Assembly (NCBI GenBank): GCA_050049955.1 | Contig: JASFVG010000001.1 | Coordinates: 1 to 38,534 of the forward strand | Length of the DNA stretch: 38,534 bases | Source of the DNA: Anaerolineae bacterium | GTDB taxonomy: Bacteria; Chloroflexota; Anaerolineae; B4-G1 | Direction of reading: 5' to 3' | Shown: one piece after another, positions 7,668 to 16,421 of the stretch | How the letters are laid out: every line of letters begins with the position of its first letter | Numbering within the stretch: position 1 is the first letter of the stretch | Program-made: the position numbers and the translations under genes | The notes under the pieces: model-generated | The model's input: the letters and a program-made list of their open reading frames with translations, nothing else | Databases searched by the model: none | What the model was told of the DNA's origin: nothing

Positions 7668-9131
7668 ATGACTCACACTAAGGATACGCGCCGTCGTTTG
7701 GCGTGGTTTATCATCGTCGCCGTTGCGGCCTGCCTGGCCTGCGTGGCCGCCTCGACGCTCGCCATCAACCTCTCGCCGCGTGTGCTGCTTCTCTTGGTCG
7801 GCTTGGAGCCAATGGGCTCCCTGCAGACTGCGCTGCCGCCACAGGCACCGCCACTCGTCCTGACTGGCGAGCCCCTGGATCGTATCGAGGTACTCGTGCC
7901 GCCCCACGTGGAGCAGCCGCTTAGCCTCTCCCCCACGGAACTGGGGAGGCCGATGGTCGGCGATGCCTCAAGCCCGGGCATAACTACCTATTTGATCGCT
8001 GTCGATGAGGAGAGTCTCAACGGATTCTTGATGGAGCGATTCTTCGCGCAGGCGCTCGAAAGCGTCCGCTACCGCGACGTTGAGATCGATCTCAAGCCCC
8101 AGGGACTCGTTCTGTACGCCGACGTCCAGTTAGGTCTTCGCTGGCAGAGGATGGGGCTTCTGTTACTCCAGGAGGAGAACGCGCCAGCCCTATCGACTGC
8201 TGGGGTGGTGCTGAACCAGCAGCTCTACGCTGTGCCGAAAGAGAACTCGTTGGCGCGAGTGCTCCTACCCGCGGGTCGTCAGGCACAACGCGCGCTGTAT
8301 GGATTGACCATTGTAGGGCCGCTGCCGGGCGAGGCGCGCGTAGAGCTGGCTCGCTTAGATCACGAGCAGCTGCAGATCGTGGCCCGTGCGACCTATGACG
8401 TTCCTCCTCAGCCCGACACGGGGTGGCAACCGCTGGAGCCCGGAGTGGAGTTACGGGAGATCGACGTCGCCGCACACCCAGACGGGCCGACGGAACGGCT
8501 GCAGATCGTTCGCCTGGACCCAGGCCAAGTGCTCTTTCGCGTCGGGTACGATCCAATCAACCCGAAGCGGGTCTCGGACTGGGGGAGGGACTTGCAGCCG
8601 TTGCTGGTCGTGAACGGTGCCTACTTTGCCCCGGAGAACGAAGGCAATCAGACCATCGGGCTGGTCGTCGCCAACGGTCAGCGCTGGGGAAGGCTGCTGG
8701 GGGCACACGCCGGGATGTTCGCCGTCACCGCCCGGGGCGATGTCAGTGTGCGATGGCTTCAGCAACGACCCTACGACCCAGCGGAACCCCTGAGCTATGC
8801 CATGCAGTCCTTCCCCGTCCTAGTGCGACCCGGTGGCATGATGGGCTTCCCCGCCGACGCCGACGAAGGCACGCCGGCTCGGCGGACGGTGGTGGCCCAA
8901 GACCGTCAGGGCAATGTCCTGCTCATCGTTGCCCCTCGCGGTCACCTCAGCCTGCACCAGGTGGCCGTATCCCTGGCCGGGGCAGATCTGGGGGTAGACA
9001 TCGCGCTGAACCTGGATGGCGGGGGCTCCACCGGTATGTGGCTAGCAGCGGGTGAGGCGGCAGCTAGACCGGTAGCCAACACCGACTCGTACACCCCGGT
9101 CCCTTCGGTGATCTTGGTGGAACGCCGGTGA
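7668..9131 (+). CDS. Phosphodiester glycosidase family protein (DUF2233/NAGPA-like), N-terminally membrane-anchored
   Basis: TM helix LAWFIIVAVAACLACVAAS. The C-terminal domain has LLVVNGAYFAPENEGNQTIGLVVANGQRWG...MQSFPVLVRPGG...ARRTVVAQDRQGNVLLIVAPRGHLSLHQVAVSLAGADLGVDIALNLDGGGSTGMW. The ORF is open from 7578; I prefer ATG 7668. Confidence 0.8.
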   Translation: MTHTKDTRRRLAWFIIVAVAACLACVAASTLAINLSPRVLLLLVGLEPMGSLQTALPPQAPPLVLTGEPLDRIEVLVPPHVEQPLSLSPTELGRPMVGDASSPGITTYLIAVDEESLNGFLMERFFAQALESVRYRDVEIDLKPQGLVLYADVQLGLRWQRMGLLLLQEENAPALSTAGVVLNQQLYAVPKENSLARVLLPAGRQAQRALYGLTIVGPLPGEARVELARLDHEQLQIVARATYDVPPQPDTGWQPLEPGVELREIDVAAHPDGPTERLQIVRLDPGQVLFRVGYDPINPKRVSDWGRDLQPLLVVNGAYFAPENEGNQTIGLVVANGQRWGRLLGAHAGMFAVTARGDVSVRWLQQRPYDPAEPLSYAMQSFPVLVRPGGMMGFPADADEGTPARRTVVAQDRQGNVLLIVAPRGHLSLHQVAVSLAGADLGVDIALNLDGGGSTGMWLAAGEAAARPVANTDSYTPVPSVILVERR

Positions 9132-9226
9132 TCCTTTCTGTGACGAAGCTGACGCCGGGTGACCGGGGCGTCTTGCGCAGGACGACTGTGCCTTTCTCCC
9201 CAAGGTCATCGCCGCACCAACGCCAA

Positions 9227-9255
9227 TTGACCACGCATGTGAGCGACGGTATAAT
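9227..9255 (+). promoter_or_regulatory. Consensus sigma70-type promoter (TTGACC-17-TATAAT)
   Basis: TTGACCacgcatgtgagcgacggTATAAT, about 135 nt upstream of the ATG at 9390. Confidence 0.5.
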
Positions 9256-9389
9256 GATCCACCAGTAGCCCCTCTGCGCTCTCGACGCAAGCCGACCCCG
9301 CAATGGCCATGTTCGGAGTGTAGAGAGGCTCTCCAGGTTTGGAGGATACAGGCTGTGGAATGGGCCGCGGTCACGCCTAGAGGTGCGAA

Positions 9390-10457
9390 ATGCAGATCAC
9401 CAAGGTTGAAGTGGTACCCGTTGAACTGAAGCTGCGGCTTCCCTACCGCAGTGCCTACCACGCTGAGCCGGTTGAGAGCATCACGGCGGTATTTGTACGC
9501 ATCGAGACGCGGCAGGGCGCCCAGGCGTGGGGCTGCGCTGCCTTCGACCCGGCCGTCACCGGGGAGACGAAGGACGCTGTCGTGCGTGCGTGCAGGTCGT
9601 GTGCTGAGCGGTCCAAGGACCTCAATCCGCTGAGTATCGAGTTTGCCCTTGATGAGCTGGCCGAGCTGACCCAGGGCACGCCGTCGGCCCTATGCGCCTT
9701 TGACCTTGCATTCCACGATCTCCTCGGGTTGGCCGCCAACTTGCCGCTTCATCGGTTGCTGGGCGGTTATCGGAGTGAGATCCCGACCTTCATCACCATC
9801 AGCGTCGCTTCCCTTGAGGAGTCCGTGGCGTTAGCTCGACAACGGGCCCGGCAGGGGTTCCGCATGATCAAGATCAAGGGTGGGCTTGATGCAGACGAGG
9901 ATGTGCGCCGAGTGCGTGCCATCCACAGCGCGCTGCCGCGCTTCACCCTCCGGCTGGATGCGGATCAAGGATACACAGTCAAGGAGGCGCTCGACGTGGC
10001 CCAAGCCCTTGAGGGAGTGCTGGAGATGTTGGAGCAGCCGACGCCTGCCGATGACCTGGAGGCATTGTATCAGGTTACGAAGCGGAGCCCGGTTCCCGTT
10101 CTGGCCGACGAAAGCGTGAGCGAGCCTCCCTCGGCTCTGGAGGTGGCGAAACGCCATGCTGCCCACGGGATGAGCGTGAAGCTGACCGCATGCGGTGGCC
10201 TGCGCTGCGCCCGCCAGATCGACACCATCGCCCGGATCGCCCAAATGAGCACCATGGTCAGCTGCGTGAACCAGCCGGCGCTGCTCACCGCAGCTGGGCT
10301 GTCGTTCGCCCTGAGCAGCCCCAACGTTGTCTACGCGGATCTGGACGGTCACTTCGATATCATCGGGGATCCCACTCAGTCCACTTTCCGTCTAGAGGAG
10401 GGCAGCCTCGTCGCTACGGACGTACCCGGGCTGGGTTGCACCGTGAACCTCGCGTGA
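9390..10457 (+). CDS. Enolase-superfamily enzyme (mandelate racemase/muconate lactonizing family, dipeptide-epimerase-like)
   Basis: KxK motif MIKIKGG, metal ligands in RLDADQGY, LEQP and LADES, and a second catalytic Lys in VKLTACGG. SD GAGGTG lies 4 nt before the ATG. Confidence 0.8.
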   Translation: MQITKVEVVPVELKLRLPYRSAYHAEPVESITAVFVRIETRQGAQAWGCAAFDPAVTGETKDAVVRACRSCAERSKDLNPLSIEFALDELAELTQGTPSALCAFDLAFHDLLGLAANLPLHRLLGGYRSEIPTFITISVASLEESVALARQRARQGFRMIKIKGGLDADEDVRRVRAIHSALPRFTLRLDADQGYTVKEALDVAQALEGVLEMLEQPTPADDLEALYQVTKRSPVPVLADESVSEPPSALEVAKRHAAHGMSVKLTACGGLRCARQIDTIARIAQMSTMVSCVNQPALLTAAGLSFALSSPNVVYADLDGHFDIIGDPTQSTFRLEEGSLVATDVPGLGCTVNLA

Positions 10458-10508
10458 TGGTGTTGCCGACCATCGGCTGCTCTTGCGCCTCACATCGGCA
10501 ATCGCAGG

Positions 10509-11351
10509 TTGCTCGACCTGCCGAGATGCCCCTTCAAGTCAACCGGATCTGACGGGGATCATGAAGACGTCAGACGCTACTGGGACGCGAATGCCGAGGC
10601 GTGGACCAGGCTCTCCCGGGCGGGCTACGACACCTACCGCGACCATTTCAACACGCCTTCCTTCTTCGAGATGCTGCCTCCGGTGGCTGGTGAAGCGGGG
10701 CTGGACATTGGCTGCGGCGAGGGTCACAACACCAGACTACTGGCCCAGCAGGGAGCCCGCGTCACCGCCATTGATATCTCGGAAGTCTTCATCCGGCATG
10801 CCCAGCAATCAGAGGGCCGTGCGCCCCTGGGCATTCGCTACCAGGTAGCCAGCGCTGTTCAGCTTCCGTTTGCAGAAGCCTCTTTCGACTTCGCGACGAG
10901 CTTCATGAGCTTGATGGACACCCCCGAGACGGAAACCGTCATCCGCGAGGCGTATCGCGTCATCAAGCCTCGAGGCTTCCTGCAGTTCTCTATCACCCAC
11001 CCATGCTTCGACACACCGCGCCGGCGCAATCTCCGTGACGACGAGGGTATCACCTATGCCTATGAGGTTGGCGATTACTTCAGGAACCTCCACGGGGACT
11101 TGGAGGAATGGCTGTTCAGCGCTGCGCCGCCGGAGGTCCTGGACGGGCAGCCACCGTTCAAGACACCGCGGTTCACGCGCACCCTCAGCCAGTGGCTGAA
11201 CCTTCTGATAAGGGAGGGCTTCCGCCTGGAATGTGTCGCTGAGCCCCGCCCCAGCGACGAGGCTGTACGCTACTACCCCAACATCCAAGATGCCCAGGTC
11301 GTGGCCTACTTCCTGCAGATTCGGGTGCGAAAGCCCGAGCGCGAGTCTTGA
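10509..11351 (+). CDS. Class I SAM-dependent methyltransferase
   Basis: Motif I LDIGCGEGHNTRLLAQQGARVTAIDIS, post-I/II FDFATSFMSLMD, and IKPRGFLQFSI. The start is uncertain: TTG 10509, with no in-frame ATG or GTG nearby. Confidence 0.8.
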   Translation: MLDLPRCPFKSTGSDGDHEDVRRYWDANAEAWTRLSRAGYDTYRDHFNTPSFFEMLPPVAGEAGLDIGCGEGHNTRLLAQQGARVTAIDISEVFIRHAQQSEGRAPLGIRYQVASAVQLPFAEASFDFATSFMSLMDTPETETVIREAYRVIKPRGFLQFSITHPCFDTPRRRNLRDDEGITYAYEVGDYFRNLHGDLEEWLFSAAPPEVLDGQPPFKTPRFTRTLSQWLNLLIREGFRLECVAEPRPSDEAVRYYPNIQDAQVVAYFLQIRVRKPERES

Positions 11352-11414
11352 TTGTGGACCCAGTGTAGGCGCTCTCCTGCTTGAGATGATCCGCAACCAC
11401 CCCTCCGCGGGCGC

Positions 11415-11981
11415 CTAGTCGGTCTCCAGCAGCGCTGGGATGCGCTGGAAGTCCTCCTGCACCACGCTTCGCAGGGATCCCCGGTAGAGGGCAGCAGCCG
11501 GATGGTATAGAGGGAGGACCGTCAAGTTGTCGACGCGCCTGGGCTGTCCGTGGATCTCGGAGATGCGGGCACCTGAGAGCAAGTGGTCCATGGCGAAGCG
11601 GCCCAGTGTGGCTACGAGGCGAGGCTCAATCAGTTCCAGTTGGCGGTCCAGGTAGCCTGTGCAGGCCTTGACCTCGGCGGCGTGTGGGTCACGGTTGCCC
11701 GGGGGGCGGCACTTCACGACATTGGTGATGAAGACGTCGTCGCGTCCGAGTCCGATGCTCTCCAGGAGCTCGTCCAGGAACTTGCCCGACGCACCCACGA
11801 AGGGGAGCCCCTGCTCATCCTCACGCGCACCCGGTCCCTCCCCGACGAAGACGACAGGGGCGTCCGCTGGCCCTGCTCCCGGAACGGCCTTGGTCCGCGT
11901 CTCGTGGAGTTGGCAGAGGCGGCAACGCCGGATCTCAGCAGCAATCCGTTCCAGCTCCACCTGTCTTCGGTGTCTGTTCAT
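11415..11981 (-). CDS. Uracil-DNA glycosylase, family 4
   Basis: RCRLCQLHETRTKAVPGAGPADAPVVFVGEGPGAREDEQGLPFVGASGKFLDELL...FITNVVKCRPPGNRDP...ACTGYL...LPLYHPAAALY. The ORF is open to 12074. ATG 11981 (MNRHRRQVELERIAAEIRRCRLC) fits the usual family length. Confidence 0.85.
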   Translation of the reverse strand: MNRHRRQVELERIAAEIRRCRLCQLHETRTKAVPGAGPADAPVVFVGEGPGAREDEQGLPFVGASGKFLDELLESIGLGRDDVFITNVVKCRPPGNRDPHAAEVKACTGYLDRQLELIEPRLVATLGRFAMDHLLSGARISEIHGQPRRVDNLTVLPLYHPAAALYRGSLRSVVQEDFQRIPALLETD

Positions 11982-12114
11982 AACGCTCGCTTCCGCGCCA
12001 TCGTGGAAAGAGCTGCGGAACGACAACGCCGAGGCGCTACGTCCTCGGCGTCGGGTTGCGCGAGGGACGGACAACGTCCCCGCACTGAGTTCCTAGTGTG
12101 CCTCGTCGCGGCTG

Positions 12115-12495
12115 CTAGAAGGCCCCCAGCTGGCACTGACCGACCCGAATCCCTAGCGTCTCGGCGGCGTTCGCGACATCCGTCTTCCGCAGACCGAATC
12201 GATTGGCGATGGCCCAGGCGACGGCGCACGGTAGGCGGCCCACGATCAGGCCTTCCCGGATAGCCTGGTCCACCTCCGGCGATACCCGTTCGGCGGGCTT
12301 TACGATGCGCTCCTTGTCGTTGTAGCCAAACAGCCCTAACTGGCAATGGTAGAGCCGAACTCCGATCGCATCGGCTGTCCTGCCTACCTCCAGCGGGCTG
12401 ACACTCAACTGCTCGGCGATGCGAAAGGCGGCGCCGCAGCTGATTCTCTTGTCTGGCGCTCTCTCCAGCAATGCATCTATGATCTCCTGGCTCAT
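12115..12495 (-). CDS. Hypothetical 126-aa protein made of two tandem HTH-like modules, each C-x35-CQLG-x-F
   Basis: ATG 12495 is preceded by AGGAG (5-nt spacer) and lies 17 nt after the M24 peptidase stop. The repeats KRISCGAAFRIAEQLSVSPLEVGRTADAIGVRLYHCQLGLF and GRLPCAVAWAIANRFGLRKTDVANAAETLGIRVGQCQLGAF align without gaps. Confidence 0.65.
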   Translation of the reverse strand: MSQEIIDALLERAPDKRISCGAAFRIAEQLSVSPLEVGRTADAIGVRLYHCQLGLFGYNDKERIVKPAERVSPEVDQAIREGLIVGRLPCAVAWAIANRFGLRKTDVANAAETLGIRVGQCQLGAF

Positions 12496-12512
12496 TGTCA
12501 CTCCTACACGCT

Positions 12513-13709
12513 CTAGACGCACCACAGGGAGGCCTGCGGTTCGCACATGAATTCGGCGCCCCCGGACGTGACCAGCACGTCCTCCTCGCAGCCGACGTAG
12601 CCGTAGTCAGGCACCGAGACGCCCAATTCGATGGCGACGACGTTGCCTGCCTCGACTACGCGCTCAACGGAGTCTCCATACTTCTCCCAACGGGGCCCCA
12701 GAACCCCGGCGCCGTCGTGGACCGTGCGCCCGATGTGATGCCCGAAGGCGTGCAAGTACTCGGGATAGCCTGCGGAGGTGAGGGTGTCTCGGGCCGCCCG
12801 GTCCACCTCCCACCCGCGCACACCGGCACGCAGGGCCCTCCGGCCGGCCTCCAGGGCTTCACGGGCTGCCTCCCAGGCCGCCAGCACGACAGCTGGTGGC
12901 TCGGATTCTCCTTCATCAAGCAGATACCAGGTGCGCTGCAAATCGGAGACGAAACCCTCTCTCTGCACGCCGAAATCGGCCTGCAGGAGATGCCCGCGCT
13001 GGAGGATGGTATCGCTGGGCATGGCATGACCGATAGCCGATTCGGGCCCCGCCGTGATCGCCGGACAGTGGCTCGCCCCCCAGGCCAACGCCAGCCCTTG
13101 CTCGTGGGTGGCATCTTGGAAGACAACGGCCAGCTCGCGCTCCGTCAGCCCCGGGCGGATCTGTGACCCGACGCGCCGGAAGATGGACTCCGCTTCCTGG
13201 ACGGAGGCCTGAATGGAGGCCACCTCCGCTGAGGACTTGCGCCCGCGAAGCGCTGCAATCACATCTTCGGCGGAGCTGAGGCGATCGACGTAGGCCGTCT
13301 CCCCTAGTAGGTCCTGCAGGAGCAGCAACATCCCATAGCTGAGCCCGTCGGCCGCTGGATCACTCATGGAGAAGTTGACCGCTATCCCGCGCGGATCGAG
13401 GCGGGCCACGTGCTCGCACAGGGCACTGCGGATCGATTGGTCGTATCCGACGATCGTCGTGTAGCCTCCGACACGAGCGACGTTCTCCGCATCGAAACGC
13501 CCGACGATGGCAATTCGCTCGCCCCCCCGACTGATCATCAGCGCCGATGGCCAGGTCAAGTCAAATCCTAGGAGCAGGGCCAAGCATGGGTCAGAGACCT
13601 GTGTCGTCTCCCGCACGAAGGTGACCCACAGGTCGATGTCCTTCTCGTCCAGGATACCCACGGCCTGGTCCAGCTTTTCACGCGTGATCCTGACGTCTGA
13701 CGGTCTCAT
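12513..13709 (-). CDS. M24-family metallopeptidase (Xaa-Pro aminopeptidase/prolidase-like)
   Basis: Creatinase/prolidase-type N-domain plus a pita-bread C-domain: LQADFGVQREGFVSDLQRT, HAFGHHIGRTVHDGAGVLGP, VVAIELGVSVPDYGYVGCEEDVLVT. ATG lies 3 nt after the parB stop. Confidence 0.85.
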   Translation of the reverse strand: MRPSDVRITREKLDQAVGILDEKDIDLWVTFVRETTQVSDPCLALLLGFDLTWPSALMISRGGERIAIVGRFDAENVARVGGYTTIVGYDQSIRSALCEHVARLDPRGIAVNFSMSDPAADGLSYGMLLLLQDLLGETAYVDRLSSAEDVIAALRGRKSSAEVASIQASVQEAESIFRRVGSQIRPGLTERELAVVFQDATHEQGLALAWGASHCPAITAGPESAIGHAMPSDTILQRGHLLQADFGVQREGFVSDLQRTWYLLDEGESEPPAVVLAAWEAAREALEAGRRALRAGVRGWEVDRAARDTLTSAGYPEYLHAFGHHIGRTVHDGAGVLGPRWEKYGDSVERVVEAGNVVAIELGVSVPDYGYVGCEEDVLVTSGGAEFMCEPQASLWCV

Positions 13710-13712
13710 GGT

Positions 13713-14570
13713 CTAGTCCCCTACGATATGGTCGTAGATCGCCGCCAGCTCCTCCTCGGAGTAGAAGAATATGACCAGGCGCCCGCCCCTCCCCTTTCTC
13801 TTCAGGCTCACTTTGGTGCTGAGGGCCTCACGGAACCGCCGCTCGAGCTCTCGGGCCTCTGGGGAGGGCTGGTGCGCAGGATCCTTCTTCTCCTTGCCAC
13901 CGAGCAGGCGTCGCACCAGCTGCTCGGTCTGGCGCACGTTTAGACCCTGTTTGAGCACCGTGTTCAACGCAGCCTCCTGCGCCTCCACGCCCTCAAGCCC
14001 AAGAAGCGCGCGCGCGTGACCCTCGGTGATCCTCTCATCAAGCAGGGCCTCCTGCACCGATCGGGCCGCCTTCAGCAGCCGCAGTGTGTTGGCGACTGCA
14101 GTTCGGCTCTTGCCGACGCGCCTGGCGATCTGCTGCTGCGTCAGCTCAAACTCGTCGACCAACTGATGGTAGGCGGCTGCCTCCTCCATCGGGTTGAGGT
14201 CGGATCGCTGGAGGTTCTCAACCAGAGCCAGCTCCAGCACCCTGCTAGGAGCGACGTACTTGACTAGCACGGGAACGGTCGAAAGGCCAGCCACCCGTGC
14301 GGCTCGCCAACGGCGCTCTCCGGCGATCAATTGGTAGCCATCGGGTACCTCGGTCACGACCAGGGGCTGGATAATGCCATGTTCCTCGATCGAGGCGGCA
14401 AGCGCTGACAGGTCCTCCTCACGGATCTTCGATCGCGGCTGGTGAGGATTGGGGGATATCGCGGCAATAGGAACTTCGAGGACTCCTTGTCTCGCCGCGG
14501 CTTCCGCATCGTCTGCGGCGGGGATGAGTGATTCGAGACCCTTGCCCAGTCCGATCTTTCGTGATGCCAT
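13713..14570 (-). CDS. parB: Chromosome partitioning protein ParB/Spo0J
   Basis: GLGKGLESLIP, ISPNPHQPRSKIREEDLSALAASIEEHGIIQPLVV, YQLIAGERRWRAARVAGLSTVPVLV, and HTH QQQIARRVGKSRTAVANTLRLL. ATG 14570 is preceded by GGAGG. The ORF is open to TTG 14585. Confidence 0.9.
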   Translation of the reverse strand: MASRKIGLGKGLESLIPAADDAEAAARQGVLEVPIAAISPNPHQPRSKIREEDLSALAASIEEHGIIQPLVVTEVPDGYQLIAGERRWRAARVAGLSTVPVLVKYVAPSRVLELALVENLQRSDLNPMEEAAAYHQLVDEFELTQQQIARRVGKSRTAVANTLRLLKAARSVQEALLDERITEGHARALLGLEGVEAQEAALNTVLKQGLNVRQTEQLVRRLLGGKEKKDPAHQPSPEARELERRFREALSTKVSLKRKGRGGRLVIFFYSEEELAAIYDHIVGD

Positions 14571-14585
14571 TGCTCGCCTCCGCAA

Positions 14586-15425
14586 CTACCTGTCGTGAAC
14601 TGCGCCCAAGGGACTGCCCTGCCGATCCGCTGGCGCCGAGGCTGGCGCGTACCGTCCGTCGCCGATCAGCAACTCCTTCGCCAACGCTGCATAGGCCTGC
14701 GCCCCTGCCGAACGTGGCGCATGGACACTGATGGGCACACCGAAACTGGGCGCCTCGCTGATTCGTACGCTGCGCGGGATGATGGTGTGGAAGACGCGTC
14801 TGCGGAAGTGCTGTCGCACCTCATCAACGACCTGCTGGGAGAGATTGGTGCGTGCATCGTACATGGTCATCAGCAAGCCGCGGAGCGCAAGGTGCGGGTT
14901 AAGCGCTCTGCGCACCATCCTGATCACGCGGGCCAGCTGTGAAAGCCCTTCCAGTGCCAGGTACTCGCATTGCACTGGGATAATGACGCCGTTGGTGGCG
15001 GCTGTCAGCCCGCCTACTGTCAGGATGCCCAAGCTCGGGGGGCAATCGATCAACACGTAGTCGTAGGCCTTTTCGTCGGAGAGTTCTGTCAGTGCTGCGT
15101 GGAGGCGATGCTCCCAGCGGGCCGTACCGACCAACTCAACCGTAGCGCCGGCCAGGGCGGGAGCCGACGGTGCCAGCTCAAGTCCGAATCGATCGATGGA
15201 ATCCACGATGCTTGTGAAGGGGACATCTCCCACGAGGACGTCGTAGGTCGAAAGAGGGACTGAGCGTTTGTCGACACCCAGTGACGAGGTTGCATTGGCC
15301 TGAGGGTCTATGTCCACCAGCAGAACGCGTTGGCCGTGACCAGCCAGGTAGGCGCCGAGGTTCACCGCTGTCGTCGTTTTGCCGACGCCACCCTTCTGAT
15401 TAGCCAAAGCATAGATGATGGGCAT
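14586..15425 (-). CDS. parA: Chromosome partitioning ATPase ParA/Soj
   Basis: Deviant Walker A in MPIIYALANQKGGVGKTTTAVNLGAYLA, then VLLVDIDPQANATSSLG and YVLIDCPPSLG. Confidence 0.92.
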   Translation of the reverse strand: MPIIYALANQKGGVGKTTTAVNLGAYLAGHGQRVLLVDIDPQANATSSLGVDKRSVPLSTYDVLVGDVPFTSIVDSIDRFGLELAPSAPALAGATVELVGTARWEHRLHAALTELSDEKAYDYVLIDCPPSLGILTVGGLTAATNGVIIPVQCEYLALEGLSQLARVIRMVRRALNPHLALRGLLMTMYDARTNLSQQVVDEVRQHFRRRVFHTIIPRSVRISEAPSFGVPISVHAPRSAGAQAYAALAKELLIGDGRYAPASAPADRQGSPLGAVHDR

Positions 15426-15452
15426 CGACTCTCCGTCTCCTAGCGGTTCAGC

Positions 15453-16334
15453 TCAGTGAGCACGGCGCGTCGTGCGCCGGCAGCGGGCGACTTCAGCAGA
15501 GGTTGGTGTGCTCGAGAGCCCTGACCGGGTGACTGATTGTACCGCGATGCAATTCGCGAATCGCGCTGCGGCCCAAGGGTCGCCCACGCCTGAACGAGCC
15601 CCACCGCGCTGCAGTGCGAAAAAGAAGGAAGCTGCAAAGATGTCGCCGGCGCCAGTCGAATCCTCCTCGTCTACCACTGGCACGGGGAAGTGGCGACTCT
15701 GCCCCTCGCAGAATACTGTGCATCCCTGCGCCCCCAGGGTCACGGCCAACAATCGGGCCTGCTCCGCGTATTCCGCCACTAGATCCCAGTTGCCGGCCAC
15801 ATCCTCCAGGCTGAGTACAACGGCGTCCGCACGTGCCAGCACGTCCTCCATCCCGCTCCACCGGCAGTGGCTCACCTGCCCTTGCTCGTCCCACTGTCGC
15901 ATCCAGCCCTGGGGCGTCACTCCCACAAAAGCCGTCCCGAAGGCACTTGCGAAGGCAGGATCACACTCCTGTGCGACTGGTCCTATGTGAACAATCGCTG
16001 GTCGCCAACCTTCGGGCACCATCGCCGGGAACAGCGGCTTAGCGATGTGATGGATCGCCTGGCGCCGTCCCCCTGCAACGGTGATGTTCTCAAAGGTCGT
16101 CGTTGCCTGCGCGAGCGCATTGGTGACCAACACGTGGGGCAGTACCCGGTCCAAGTCGAGACCGCCGTCGGTGCTGGTGATGACACCCACCCGGCAGCCC
16201 AGCTCCGATGCAGTGCGGGCAGCGTATGCGACGGTCCCACCCGTTCGATACGAGTCCCCTCTCAAGTCACGGGTCGCGTGCCCGATGGCCAGGTAGTCCA
16301 GCTCAACCACCACGGCTGGCCTCAGGTTCACCAA
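15453..16334 (-). CDS. PfkB-family carbohydrate kinase
   Basis: Ribokinase-like fold signature, with C-terminal motif DSTGAGDIFAASFFFAL and N-terminal GGTVAYAARTASELG. Confidence 0.75.
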   Translation of the reverse strand: MVNLRPAVVVELDYLAIGHATRDLRGDSYRTGGTVAYAARTASELGCRVGVITSTDGGLDLDRVLPHVLVTNALAQATTTFENITVAGGRRQAIHHIAKPLFPAMVPEGWRPAIVHIGPVAQECDPAFASAFGTAFVGVTPQGWMRQWDEQGQVSHCRWSGMEDVLARADAVVLSLEDVAGNWDLVAEYAEQARLLAVTLGAQGCTVFCEGQSRHFPVPVVDEEDSTGAGDIFAASFFFALQRGGARSGVGDPWAAARFANCIAVQSVTRSGLSSTPTSAEVARCRRTTRRAH

Positions 16335-16421
16335 GATGTCGTCCGGAACCGCATTGGGCCGACCTGCAGTCCAACGTCTCGCTGCGGGGCTGGGCAGCGC
16401 GCACGCTGCCTGGATCGATCG

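Noticed and set aside
9151-9172. Hairpin GACGCCGGgtgaCCGGGGCGTC after the glycosidase gene, considered as a terminator.
   Set aside because: The stem is imperfect (G-G mismatch or bulge) and only TT follows it. This is not convincing as an intrinsic terminator.
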